Of a stretch of 64,000 nt of DNA, positions 1-13,109 are shown one piece after another (position 1 is the first letter of the stretch; each line of letters begins with the position of its first letter). The position numbers and the translations under genes are program-made. The notes below the pieces were generated by a model. It was not told the DNA's origin, made no database searches, and saw nothing but the letters and a program-made list of their open reading frames with translations. The DNA comes from Phyllosticta citribraziliensis. Taxonomy: Eukaryota. The DNA lies in the NCBI RefSeq assembly GCF_038025025.1, contig NW_027117346.1, positions 1,054,001 to 1,118,000 of the forward strand. The letters are read 5' to 3'.

Positions 1-357
1 AGCGCTCCGCCGCGCCCGTCGACTGCCCCGCCTGCGGCGCGCGCGCCCTGACCGTCACGAAGTTCAAGACGGGCAACACGACGCAGTAAGTAACCTCAAC
101 GGCTGCTCAGCACGAAAAAACACGCCCAGCCGGTCTGGCGTACAATGGCGCGCAGTTGTTATTTGGATGGGATATGGTTGACTGACTGTCTGGACAACAG
201 CGCCTGGGCCTTTGGTGTCTGCATCTGCGTCTGCCTCGGATGCATCCCGTACCTGGTCAAGGGCACCAAGGACGTCGAGCACCGCTGCGGCAAGTGCAGC
301 AAGCACCTCGCGACGTGGCACCGTAGCGGCACCACCGAGGTGCTGGCGCACGCTTGA
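1..357 (+). CDS. LITAF-like zinc-ribbon membrane-associated protein, 3' part (5' end outside window)
   Basis: Exon 1-85 reads RSAAPVDCPACGARALTVTKFKTGNTT. Intron 86-200 (GTAAGT...CTGAC...CAG). The next exon reads HAWAFGVCICVCLGCIPYLVKGTKDVEHRCGKC, with stop at 355-357. CxxC + hydrophobic segment + HxCxxC is the LITAF signature. Confidence 0.85.
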
Positions 358-1144
358 GCAAGCCGTCCACCTACCTCGACTCGCTCGCGAACATCGATAC
401 TTTTTTGGGTTTCTCCGGCGCGGTTGTTGGCGGCGTGTGGCTATCCTGGGTGCCTCCTCTTTTCTTTTCTTGATCTTTCATTCGTCGTTCTGGGACTGGA
501 CTGGATGGATTGGATGACTTCGGCGACTCGGAAAGACTGCAATGTACGAATAACGGACGGATGTGTTTGGGCCGGGTAGGGAGTGGCATTGGGAAGCGGT
601 CGGAGCTTGGTATATACCCACAGAACGAGACGGTGTGAAATGAGGCGGTTTAGACTCGCTGACTAGGTATATCTCTCTTCCTCGGCTTTGCAGCCTTCCG
701 CGTCGTGAAAATGGGGCCAAGAGAGACTAGTCCTCATGATTCCATCTCTTGACACAAGATCGCTCTTCTTATTTCCCCGGCTCTTTGTGTCTGTCGCGGC
801 TCACCGATCTCCGTTGCCTGTCTTGGACGCGCCAATTCCTTTGCATGACGTCGTCGCAAGAAGTGATCGCCTCGGAATGACCGGAGGAAAGAGTGAATGT
901 GGACAAAGAGGACAAAGACCAGCCTGGCGTGGAAACACAGACATGCTTCAGATGATTATGCGTCTTGTTCACACCAACAGCCGGAATTCAATCAGTGTTC
1001 AGGTCCGGGTTGGGTCCGGGTGCAGCTCGCATGCGCAATGCGGTCCGTGCGCAGATCACGTGCGTGGTCCAAAAAAATTCGACGCAACACCAAATAAATT
1101 GATCTCCAGCTTATTGACACATCAAAAGAGAAGGTCAAAAGGAA

Positions 1145-1254
1145 TTCCGTCGCCGGGAATTGAACCCGGGCCTTGCCGGCGCTTCACAGAGCGAGTCGGA
1201 CCCTCTTTGAGACTCTTTGAGAGCGGCAAATCCTAGCCACTAGACCACAACGGA
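1145..1254 (-). tRNA. tRNA-Glu(CTC) with 38-nt intron (1180-1217)
   Basis: Minus strand: acceptor TCCGTTG/CGACGGA, D-arm region GTCTAGTGGCTAGGA, anticodon stem TGCCG/CGGCA with CT-CTC-A, T-arm CCGGG-TTCAATT-CCCGG, intron at the canonical 37/38 position, TTTT Pol III terminator just downstream. Confidence 0.93.
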
Positions 1255-3947
1255 TTTCATGAGAAGGCGCTCAAACAATGCGCATATAACTTACAAATTG
1301 ACACCAGGTTTGATGATCATTCTCTTGCAACTCTTTGTCCATTCCCTCCATTCCGGTTAGATCTGAAGCCATGCAGAAGTGATGAAGCGGGGACACGGGA
1401 AAGTCTTTGTAGCCGGCCGGGGGGCTTGTGGGTGGCGTTCGCTGGCCGCTTCCAGAACCCCAGTCAAGTCAGGCAAGAAGCCGACCACGACTGGCCATTC
1501 TGCATATCAAAGAAACCGCAATAGATCTCCGAGTTGAAGCTGTGACGCTTGAGCATTTTCAAATGTGATATCCGCAAGCTGGTACCTTTGCGCGTGTGAG
1601 GAAAGTCTGACGAAGCGGTTCTGCCGGTGGAATGCTCGTGGCATCTCGCGCATTGAAAGTCCTAGTCTAAAATCACTTGTCCGAGTTTCAAGCTCCAAAT
1701 GTGGAGCTTACGGGAGATCGTTGTATCAGATGAAGTTGAGATGTTGGACCGCGTGGTTGTAACTCGTTGAGATTACAGCGCGACTCACTGATGAAAGTCT
1801 CAAACTTCTTCATGTGCATTTTTCAGGCAAAGGCTATACGCAAAGCTTGTCGTTTCCTGGAAATTTAGCCCCTCGGCAAGGCTGTTGGCATGTTGGATCT
1901 AATGCTGGAAAAAACTGTACATTATTGGTTGGAGGTTCATGTCTTGATCGCACGAGCGTTTTAGGACCTTTCTGGCATGTGAGTTGGACAAAGTGGAGGT
2001 GTTCCCATACGGCAGTTGTAGGTCACATTCAAGCGCAGTCGCGTTGCGTCAGTACGTACATTTTCAAGCCTTCGCAATGCATACCGATGAGGAGTGTTCA
2101 AGACCCAGTTCGCAAAAGCTGCGACCGTATGCCATGACACCAAGCCTCGCTTGCATAAATTTAGAAGATGTGCCTGGATTCGGCTACTTCTCGGCGCAAG
2201 TGGCCATGAACATAGGCATCATGACGTAGGTATAGCAGCCGACTGAAGAACGAATGGCTTTCGATGTCCAAGAGTGGTTTGTCTTTGCTCCGCTTTTCGG
2301 TAAGTGATGGATTGATTGGGCTCAGGTCAGAGAGTCCTGGGGCTGCCGCGAGGCTCGAGCAATGGCTCAAGGGTGAGCAGCCTGTAATGCATCTACAATT
2401 GGGAGGGGTTGCTCCGCTATCAGACGAGGCCAAGGCGTTGGAGTGGAGGAGCGAGCGGCCATCGACACTTATACGAGCAGCAGGCTCAAGAGCAAGGAAA
2501 GTGCCCAGCGTGTGGGACGACAGACATTCCGTTGCATTGACTGTAGCTAGGCGCCGTTATCAGTTCGGAACGGGAATCGGTCTCGGAGAGGGCGGCGAAG
2601 CATGTTACACAGATGTACAAGTCGGGGTACCAAGGGTGTCGAAAGTTCGGAGGTGGGCAGTGCGCTGTAGATCCAGAAGCGCATTGCCAGAGCATGGCTA
2701 AAACTCGCAAGAACTTGTGGTCAAAACGAGAGACAATGGCAGCGCGACTTACATTGGCATTGACGGGGTTCTGGTGGCATCATCGGGAGCATTCGATAAG
2801 GACTCCCACGCCGCGTAGCAGGAGAACAGAATAAGCAGGCGATCGGCAATGCACACATATGGTCCCTGGCCCGGACAGAAAAACACGAGAGGCGAGGTCA
2901 GATAAGGCGCACCCTCGAGTGTTTTTTTTTTATTTTTTTCGCGCGTCTCTTCGCAGCAGAAAATGTTGAGAGGGTCAGGGTGGGGATCCATGTGGTGTTG
3001 TACTGGATCTCTCAGAGTGGAAGGCAGGCTATTTTTGGTTTGTCGCGCAGTGGCACCCGCAGGACCCGCAGTTGCAGGTTTGGTGTCAGGGCGGAACGAT
3101 TTTGCTGCGACACGAGCTGGATTCGTGTTTGCGCGCGGTGGAGGTCCAAAACGCAGAGGTGTTGGTTTTGCAGAGGCACGACACGAGTAGGAGTAGAGGC
3201 GTAGAGGCGAAGAGTCGGGTGTCTCCTGTTGATTGACGGCGGACCAGGTTGGAGGCCGTGGAGAGAGTTGTGGAGACGTCGACAAGAGGTGAAGATAAGG
3301 TAAGCGGCGTGGAAGTGGCTGAGACACTAGGCCACAAGGGGAAATGCAGACGAAGCGGGCGACGATTGGCGCAGAAGCGCTGCACTGCACATCCCGGACC
3401 ATCACACTGGACACTGGACACTGCGCTCCGCTCCGCGTTGCCTCACCAGCCACTCACCCACCTCACCCATGCCCTCCCTGACTCTCCAGCTGCGGCGAAC
3501 GACCTCTGACATTCCTCTTCCGACGTGCTGATGCGTCACCTCCGTCGCAGAATGCTGGCATCCACCACTCACTGCAAACGTCGGCTGCCCGCCCATTACC
3601 CACAAATTCGCCAGACACGTAACCTGCCGCGCCCACGGCCGCCAGCCATGCCCTCTGCTTCCAATGGCAGCTCCCTCCTGCCCGTCTCCATCGCTATTTT
3701 GAGATGGCCCTTCCCATCTTCCCTGCTTTGCCCTTTGCGACCATCCTGCGTGACGATCGCTCTGCCACTATCTGCTCCCTGGCCCGCTCCTCGGTGCTGC
3801 TCCCACTCCACGTCTCCCGTACTGCCTGCCTCTGCCTTCGTCTCACTCCACTCTGCTCGTACTTTGCTCTCGACTCCGGATACATAATTCTGCCCCTCGC
3901 CTGCCATGCGTGACCCCGGGTTTACCGCTTCCTACTGCGCAGTCGAC

Positions 3948-5218
3948 ATGTCTACCGCCGCAAACCAGTCTCACGTCCAGCAGCAGCCTCAGAACCTGCC
4001 TCCTCCGTACAATATCGACTACACAGATGAAAAGGCAACTCGAGAGTACTCCAAGTGGCACCCCAAGTCATGGGGGAAGAACACGAAACGAGCCGCCTTC
4101 TTTGGCGTGTGCGCCATCATCGTCGCCATCATCTGCGGCGCCTACTTTGGTGTTCGTGCAAACAAGTACCCCAACTACAACAAGCTAAATTACACTTTGC
4201 GAGACACATGTAAGTTTACCGCACTACTGGTCAAGCAAACCTGACAATATCAGACTCTGGCTCCGACTTTTTCGATCGCTTTGAATACTTTACAGGTTAT
4301 GATCCCACCTCTGGTTTCGTCCAGTGAGTCTCTCTACTCTCTGCTCAGCGGATTATACTGACGAATGATCCCAGCTACGTCGACAATGCCACAGCTTCAT
4401 CCATGAATCTGACCTATGCCTCCACTGAACGTGCAATTCTTCGGGTCGACACTTCTGAACAGAGCGCAACCACTGGCCGTAAATCCGTGCGCATCACGTC
4501 GAAGCAAACGTACGACAGCGGTCTCTTCATCTTCGACATTGCGCATACGCCCTACGGTTGCGGCACTTGGCCCGCTGTTTGGCTGTCGGATCCTGCCAAC
4601 TGGCCTTACAATGGCGAGATTGACGTGGTGGAAGCAGTCAATAGCGTGCCACATGGCCAAGTGCAAATGACCCTGCACACCACTAAGAACTGCGACATGA
4701 ACCGGAAGCGCAAGATGAGCGGCACCAACATCAAGTCAAACTGCTACAACGGCACCAACGACAATGCCGGCTGTGGCGTCTATGGCGAGCAAAACACCTT
4801 TGGCGCGGGTTTCAACGCTGCTGGCGGCGGAGTGTACGCCATGGAATGGCGCGACGCTGGCATTCGCATCTGGTTCTTCGATCGCAATTCACTCCCCTCG
4901 GATCTTTCCGCCGCCATCGATGTCTCGGGCGACACTTCGTCATCGTCAAACTCGACCACCGCTGCCCCTGATCCGTCCGGCTGGGGCGAGGCCATGGCCG
5001 ACTTTCCCGGCACAAACTGCGACATCAGCTCGCATTTCCGCAATCAGAGCATCATTGCGAACATTGACTTGTGCGGGAGCTGGGCTGGTACGGAGACCGT
5101 GTACAACGGACTTGACTCGTGCCCCGGCACTTGCACCGACTACGTTGCGACCAATTACAGTGCCTTCACCAACGCGTACTGGGAGTTCAACAGCTTCAGA
5201 GTTTTCCAGGCCGAGTAA
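3948..5218 (+). CDS. Glycoside hydrolase family 16 endo-1,3(4)-beta-glucanase (fungal Lam16A/Mlg1 type) with N-terminal membrane anchor
   Basis: Exons 3948-4209, 4254-4323 and 4375-5218 splice in frame (YSGSDFFDRFEYFTGYDPTSGFVHYV). Motifs GCGTWPAVW, catalytic GEIDVVE, NIDLCGSWAG and AYWEFNSFRVF. Hydrophobic AAFFGVCAIIVAIICGAYFGV in exon 1. An alternative in-frame ATG lies at 3906. Confidence 0.9.
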
Positions 5219-6885
5219 ACGCGGGTATTTCGTTTTTTCAACACGGCAGCTTGCTCCGCCCGTCTGCTGGTCGACTGGTGGCGATGGCTGCCCGCCATAT
5301 TCTTACGATATGAATTTGATGATTTGATGGGGCTTACTTGAAGAGTGGGTGGGGTTTTGGCTTTCAGTTCCTGGATCATGGCATAGGCATGGCATTTTTC
5401 TTCTTCGGGTTTGGTTAATGACGTTGTCGAGGGTAATAAGCACATGGAGAGGCACAGGTTTGGTGTGCTGAGTGCTGGATGGTGGATGGTCATAGATACC
5501 CAAAAGTGACGCTCACGCTGCGTGTATAGATTGGTTGGATAGGCGGCAAATTATTGTCTTTGTATCTTTCACTGTGAACTGCTTTTTCTTGAGTCGTTCT
5601 CCTACTCCAGATTCCTTCGACACGGCCCTTCATTGTTCGCAGCCAAACCTGCAAATTGAAATTTTGCAGATAAACCGGTTTCAAGCGCTAGTTTGACTGG
5701 CTACGTCGTCTGCACCTATCCAGACATGTGCACATTGCACGTTTCCAACGCCAACGCAACATCCTTCTCGGGACCAACGACACGCACACATGTGCCTGAC
5801 CGTCTAGTGGCGCCATTCAGAGAGTGCCTGCTCCCAACGAACCACCAGACCCTGTGATGTCACACCAGACTGCAAACTCCCGTTGCGGTGTGCAGCGGGG
5901 AAGGGGGACGCGTCACCGACCGGCGGCCGCGCAGCCCTGCCCATGCCCTATTCCCCTCCCATTTGCTCCGTCGTCTATCGTGCTGCGTTAACTCGAAACG
6001 CCACCTGCCCGCCGTGGTCGGCCACCCGCGGATGCCGTGCTCGCTCATGGGCGGCGGGGCGTGGCATGGCGTGCGCGGCAAGCGGAGCTTCTACATGCAC
6101 GGCGGGACCAGCACATTGGGTACAATTTTGATCGTGATTGGGCTTAAGTGAGGCGACGGTGTTGGGAGCTTGACGGGTAGGAGCAGATGGCGAGAAGATG
6201 CGTTCATGATGGAGTGATTTCAAAGGGCAGAGTAGTCAAGAGAAACTGGAGCCAGTTGATGACGTCGAAGCATTATGAACAATCATCTGTAGGAGTGACA
6301 ATTTCCTCGAAAGTCTTGTTCATCATCCTCGGATTGCGAAACGTGAAAACGAAGGGTTCTGTGGACGAGACTGGTGCGAAGAAGAGCATCAAACCATTAA
6401 GCCTGCGGGACAAAAACGAATGACCGAAAGAGAATCCCATGCCTTTCAGACGGCACGTAGTACAGCAAAAATTGATGGAGACTGGAAAGCGATTTGTAGA
6501 CTCTAGGTTCTGAAGACGTTTTGAAGGAAGAGTTGAGATACAAGAAAAGGTCAGAATTGAGTTGAAATAAGGTTGTGTTGGCAAAACCTTGAACACCAGC
6601 CACACTACTCGTAAGGCGTCGACTGGGGCTGGCATCCGTATGCTTGGCAGGAAAGCCCTGAGTACGGAGATCGAGTCGCGCTCGTCTAGAATGGCGAACA
6701 AGGGCAAATTCAGATGTTTGCAAATCAAAGCCATAGATGGAAAAGTGGTGAGAGAATGGTCGACGAGAACGCTTGGAGAAAACGTTGCCGGTCACGTGAA
6801 GATCTTGGCACCTCCGAAATTCTGGAGCTCCGCAACCCAACACGACCTCCATCTGTGCATTATCGAGTCGCCTTCCACAACCAAA

Positions 6886-8057
6886 ATGCGGCAACTCACT
6901 CGTCTTACGCGGTCAATTGATCGCACGCTCGAATCTACCGTCCGACCTTCAGCTTTCTCCCCCGTTTGCAGCACCTGCCGCCAAACAGCCGCGCCGTTTT
7001 CCACCTCGTCGACGCGCGCCGCCGATCTGCCCAAGAAGTCAAGCCAAGGTCTCGAGGCCATCCGCAGGAAGCTATGGGGCACCGCCACACCGCCTGGTCG
7101 CGAAGATCCTTACGACCCCAAATCGCCCATGCGCCAGATTGAAGAGACGGAATCGAAGCCGGTACGGCCAGGACAAGCGGCGACTGCCGAGACCACCGCG
7201 GAAGCGGAAGAGGACACCAATTTGCCGAAAGTGGGACCTAGGAGAATCAACCGATCATCAGGAGACGGATATCAGCCCGCGAGGACGTGGGAAGGTTTGG
7301 AATGGGTCGGCACTCCCGATTGGGCTTGGAAGCAGAAGTCGATACCAAGCTTCAAAGGGCAAGTAGGCCCCTATTGGACTGCTCTGTGCGAGGATGGTAC
7401 CAGAAGCGCTGACTCCAGTCTCACAGTCGTCTAAGCGCAGACCCAGAGCAACAGGCGGGCGATATCCAGGCGGCACTCCGGAAGGCGCTGATCGAGGTGG
7501 TTGCTCAGAAAGAAGTATTTCGGTACGTCATCATAGCGGCGAAACAGGGAGGAAAGCCAAATTGGACAGACCGGGTCCAATTGGACGTCGACAGGAACAA
7601 AAAATTGGTGCTCAGATACATCAAGAAGACCAAGGACGCGCAGGCGCTGGAGGGCGAAAAACCTGCTTGGTTTGATGCATCACTTAGGGATCCCGGATTC
7701 AAGTTCCAGGTAATCTCAAGCGCAGGTTTTGACCGGATTGCATGCTGACGCCAACAGGTTGCCAAGAGGTTTTTGAAAGCTACCGGAATTCCCGTTTCCG
7801 ACATTGCTCTCCAACAGAGCAACGACCCAGTGCTTTTACTTCACGCCATCAAGAAACAAATCAACGTTACGAAGAAGGAGAAGCTCGCTGAAACCTTGAA
7901 GAACAGCTCTCGCTTCCAGGAGCTGACGAACGTCAAGATTGTGGACAGAAGAGTCACCCCAATTGACAAGGAGAAGGAGGTTGGCAGGTGGAAGCTCATT
8001 GAAGATGAGCTACTTGAGAGGGGCTTACCCGTCACCGGAAGGCCTGTGGTTCAGTAA
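6886..8057 (+). CDS. Mitochondrial large-subunit ribosomal protein mL50-like
   Basis: Arg/Ser-rich presequence MRQLTRLTRS..., YQPARTWEGLEWVG, and C-terminal LTNVKIVDRRVTPIDKEKEVGRWKLIEDELLERGLP typical of the fungal Ribosomal_L50 family. Introns at about 7359-7426 and 7710-7757. Confidence 0.8.
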
Positions 8058-11000
8058 TGGAGACTTGGAGGCTCACAAATATTGCATCTTTGCATGGCAA
8101 CCGCCAACGGGCGGGGGACTTGAAACATCCAACGCCTTTCCCGCTTCGATGACCGGAGCGGTGGCCACCTCGAGTTCTCCAAGTCCTGAAAATGAGGAAC
8201 AGTCTGGAATCCACTCAAACACGGTGGAGGGCTTTGTAAGATGCCGGAAAAAGGTCTCGCGGTTGTTGTGCTACCCGGACCAGAGCAGTGCCACTCAGAG
8301 AATCAACTACGATCAGTTTTGCTCCAACCACCGTTTCACAGTCAAGCGCAAAGCGGCAATGGTGATTGCTCACATTTGGAGGTGAAGCTCGAATACTGTA
8401 CATTCTGCAATGCGGTGCAGTTCAACAATAAGATCCAACCCTCCAGGATCGACCAACAGCAGGTGCCGGTGTCCACATGCCCCCTCCCGCTGGCAACTGT
8501 CGGAATGCCAGCGTTTCTGAATGCTCACTAGATTCACCGGCTGCTGGTTCGGTAAAACCGAACTAGCTTTTGTCACACCATGAATCATCAGTTCGATTTT
8601 AAGTGGAGTTCTGGAATCTAGGCAGGGAGCATTCCTCCGCCCGTCGTCGTCTGTTTTCCTATCTTGAAATCTCTTTCCATTCCAAGAACACTACACGGTT
8701 TCTGCTCGTGTGACTACCACATGGGAGACGGGTGTGGCGGCGTGTATGGCGATCAACTTCGCACAGAAAGCAACCCATTACTGACTGGCCTTGAATCGTG
8801 TACTCTCATACTAGAGCCCTTCTCGTCGTACCCAAACATTCAGTGGAAAATCATTTGAGAAGAACGCCCACCTGCAACTTTGGATATTAATAACAGGGCG
8901 CCTCGTTTACGCTCGAGTGCAGCACGCGCATCCAGGAAATGCGAGGTCTGGGCTTGGAGCTGCTGCATGTCGCGGGAGGACCCGGCGCCGCGAAATTGCA
9001 GCATCTCGCGCGAACAACCCTTGCCAGACTTCCATCATCACGCCGGAGGTAGAAGACGTCACATTTGGACTCGAAATCTAGTGTCAGATCGAACAGTGCT
9101 ACCGCGGGTTGGACACGGAATGTTGACTTCCAGTAGACCACAGGCATTCACAAAATTGCTTTTCCGGTCAATCTCGAGGCTACACGCCCAGGCCGGTGGG
9201 CCTTATCTGCAAGACGCGGCGGGTTACAACTTTTGCAGCGCCGTAAATGCAAGACTTGCAAAAAGTACGTACCAATTCCACGGGAGCAGACAGAACAGCT
9301 CATGATGCGTCTGCTATGACTGCAACCTCTCAACAATATAGCGCGCTGCCTGGGGTGCTACAATTTATGCCGTCTGCCAGCGCTATATTGAAAAAAGGTG
9401 AAGCCATAGGTTGGAATGCTCATGACGAAACTGGCTGCAGCCAATGAGGTACACTGCATGGCAATCCCAGCGTCGTGCAGCTTGACCGGCCCATCAGCCT
9501 CTTCTGCCTGAGCTGCAAATCAGGTTTCTGCAGCGAGGTGGGTGGCTTGCAATATTTCACCTATGGTACATTGCTTTGCAGTATCTCTCGGCTCGGGACT
9601 GCGCATGTCTTGCTTGGCGCAGCCCTACAATTACTTTGGATTTGCAGGACAACCACTCGAGTGTGATTCAGACGCCGGAAGCTCCTCTCGACTGCACGTC
9701 ATTCAGCTTTCACGGAGCGATGGAGCGCAGAGGATCCAGGCGTTCATCCCCTGCATGCGGTTCGGCGCGACACCCTCCCTTCTCATCAGCTTGTCATCCA
9801 CACCGCCGACCGCGGAGTCATGCCCGCCTGCCTGGAGGTACCAAGTAGCGGCGTATCTACTACGAGAGTTCATCTTGGTGAGCGAAAAGCCGCGCTCCGT
9901 CGCTTCCAAGAGATGCGCTAAAGCAAGTCAGGAGACACGCTTCGCCAAAGTCACCGTCTGACTGGTGAGCAACGCGTGCTTGAAGCCAGCCCGTGGTTGC
10001 TCAAATAACACCGTCAGCTAGAATTGTCGCTATACGGAGTCAAAGACGGATCCTCCTCCGAAAATCGCTTCGTCTGAGGAAGCACAGGGCTCGATTGCCA
10101 GCAGCAGCGTGCGTCTGTGGCCTGAGACCTTTTCTCCCCCCAAGCGCGGTAATCGAAGGCCCTGGTTCGGGATAATGGATGATTGGACCTTTCCAGCCCA
10201 CAGATCGAAAGATCCCTCGCAGGGCCAATCACCTCGACGGAGCTGCCGTAAGCCATCTCATAGAGGTCTGCAGGAACACCAGAAGATACGGTGGCGGTGC
10301 GCAAAGTCTTTGCTCGAACCCTAAAGAACCGCCAAACGCCACCATGTATTTTGGGCGGCAGGGAGCTGACGTCGCGGCATGTCATGAGACGTGGCTCGGT
10401 CAAGGACTTGGTCTTTACCGGATATCTGGACAGCGCTGGAGGATGAGAAGTGAACTAAGACTCAGCCCCGGCCTGATTGGTGATCACGACCTGACGTACC
10501 TAGGAACCCGGTGAAAGGGGAAAACGAGCACGGCAGCGCCACGGTGAGGCAAAACGTGGTCAAGATTAATTGTCCGAGCGCCCTCTTGCCCACCCAGGGC
10601 GCGCTAAGCTTGTCACTTTGCTTTTCCTGTTGGTCGAGTCCGAGGTGCAGTCGAGGCGGAGCGGAGCAGAACAAGTGGTCGTGTCTTTCGGACTGCATTC
10701 GTGCTCAGGCGACTGGCCGTCCCGAAGGTCGCGCAAGTCCCAAGCAATCTTTTTATTCCTTTGTGGCGAATGGTATGCAGGTAACATCTGCATGCGCCGG
10801 AGATCCCGCATGGGTGTCAAGCAGAAAGCCTCATTCGACAATGGCCTCGTCACGGTGCTTGCACCGCGAGGCATAACTTTTGCTTGGAGAAGGTATATAA
10901 AGGTTGGTGGGATTCACCTGGAGAGCATCATCAGTTCATTCCATCGAGCCATCAACAGTTCTCACCATCAAGACTTTCCTGAAAACCTCCACTTCACCTC

Positions 11001-13109
11001 TTTCCGCCGCTCCAAACATGGCCTTTTCCCAGAACAACTCTCAAGCAACTCGCCAGGCACAGCGTGGTCCAAAGGACCCGTGGCCCAGAGACCCGCCTCA
11101 GGGAACTTCTTAAATCAACACCTCCAGCATCTGGTATGTCTCAGTAAACACTTTATCAAAGCATCCTCAATGTTGACATTAGCTTCGGAAGCAGTCACAA
11201 GTCAGTCCTCAGAAAGAGCAAGACCGAAAAACCTCTACCTTCAATCAACGCAAAAAAATCCCTCACGGTCTCAAAAATCATTCGGCTGCGACCATCCTCG
11301 ACAGGATGGTCGCACGTACACGGCGTTGGCAGAACGGCTGCCTGAAGATTTGATAGATGTCATAGACGGAGCTAAAAAAAAATTGGGGAACAATGATTGG
11401 ACTTTTTCTCAGTGCAGGAGTTTTTTCGAACGGGCGTCCTTGCTTTTTAGAGTCTAGACTTACTCTCCTCTGCTGCTCATCACCACCCTAATGTTTAATC
11501 TGCATATTAATACTTTGGAGGTATACTTTCTGTGTCTCACACGCTTGCGACTCCGCTTTGCCTCTGCTTCTGTGATGGATGTGGCCGGTACCATTCCAGA
11601 CCATGGGCCCAAGAAATAGCTGCAGCAGATCATCGCCGGTCACTGCTTGATCACGATGCATTATCCTCCGATTGGCTGCTGTCCAGTAGCTCACGAAACG
11701 TGACTCACGACCAACCGTTACGCTAACCTCTGATTCCTCTCACGCAGGCACTTGAAAACGGCTCATGGCAACCATGGCAACGAGGGAAAAACGCCTTTGA
11801 CGTATAAGCTTTGTAGCTCCTTGCCTGGGCTGCCTGCGGTGGTTCGTTGTGACGGTCGGCCTCTGAACTTTCTCCGAAGCTGACGGAGAGCGTACCATCG
11901 AGGAGGAGGAGGAGGAGCGTAAGGAGCATCCCTCAGCTTCCAGCAGTCACCCGGCGGCCGCACGACTTCTCCACTTACCGCCGCATTCTTCTCAAGTGAG
12001 CTCATGTCCAAATCTCCTGACCGAGCATCCACACTACACGCGTACATTAGTCTCGTAGCAAAGACAACAACCATCATAGGGCATTGGTGCCCAACAGTAG
12101 CGAGGAAAAGCGTTGAAAGCAAGACTGCGAGTCCGCCTGCTTGGGTTTGCTTTGTGCACCCTCTGGTTGCTGCTGCTGTTGCTGCTGGGCCTCGAGGGAG
12201 ATCAGCAGTCGTGCACACACACCTTGGTACCCGAGACTAAATTTGCGAGTGTGGGTGTGGGCGTGGGCGGCGCGTGCGAGGCCTTTGCATATGTATGTAC
12301 CATGCGGGATCGAGCGAGCGAGCGAGCGCGAAAGAGAGTAGAAAAAAAAAAAATGCAGTGCGACAACAGGCTGCGCCTGCTGCGGACGCACCGCGGTCTC
12401 TTCCCCAAATTGACGCGCGCCGTATTCCTCAGCTCTTTCTTTGTTGATGTTCGAGTTGGACCCACTCCACCGCGTTGCGTGTGGTGGTAGAGAATGAAAG
12501 TGACTGTCTTGCCGTCGGGCAAGCCGATGCAAGAGAGAATGAGACGCGGATGCAGCGTGTCGTACGGACAAGGCCGAAGACGGCTGAGACGAACGGGTTT
12601 GTAGTTGCGCCACTCGTCGTCAGGTCTTGGCTCGCCTGGCTCGCGTGCGCTGTGGATAGACAGACCAGACGAGTTAGATGACGGTGGGGTGGCGATGGTA
12701 AAGGGATCAGTGAAAGTCGGAAGGGAAAGGGGAAGCACGAGGGAGCTCGCAGCGGCTGCAAGCCACAAGACCACCATACCTTGAGATCGCCGCAGGGGTT
12801 CTCTGGTTCTCTCCTGGTGTTGGAAGCCACGAATGCTCCGGGTTTGGGGCAAACCATCCATTTCGCAATCATGCCATGCCTCCAGATCTTCTAAATCGTG
12901 TTAAATGATGAATGAAGAGGATTACACCAAATGGCTAAGCCGGAATGAATTGATCCCACAAAGATTCTACCAATGGCTGTCCAAAATATGATGGCATCCA
13001 CCTTTCAAAACGCCAATCGCACAATCAACCCCGTCCCAAAGTGCTCCCAGATCCGCAGTCCTCGCCTACCTACTTATATAAAAATTGTCATGAAACTATC
13101 CCATCATGC

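Noticed and set aside
6589..6885. N-terminal 99-aa extension of the mL50 ORF
   Set aside because: Starts at TTG. The ATG at 6886 has good context (AAAATG) and begins a typical mitochondrial presequence.
10570..11457. 295-aa plus-strand ORF as a bona fide gene
   Set aside because: Non-ATG start, no recognisable domain and no coding-like composition; only the internal TATA and intron signals were kept as a weak finding.
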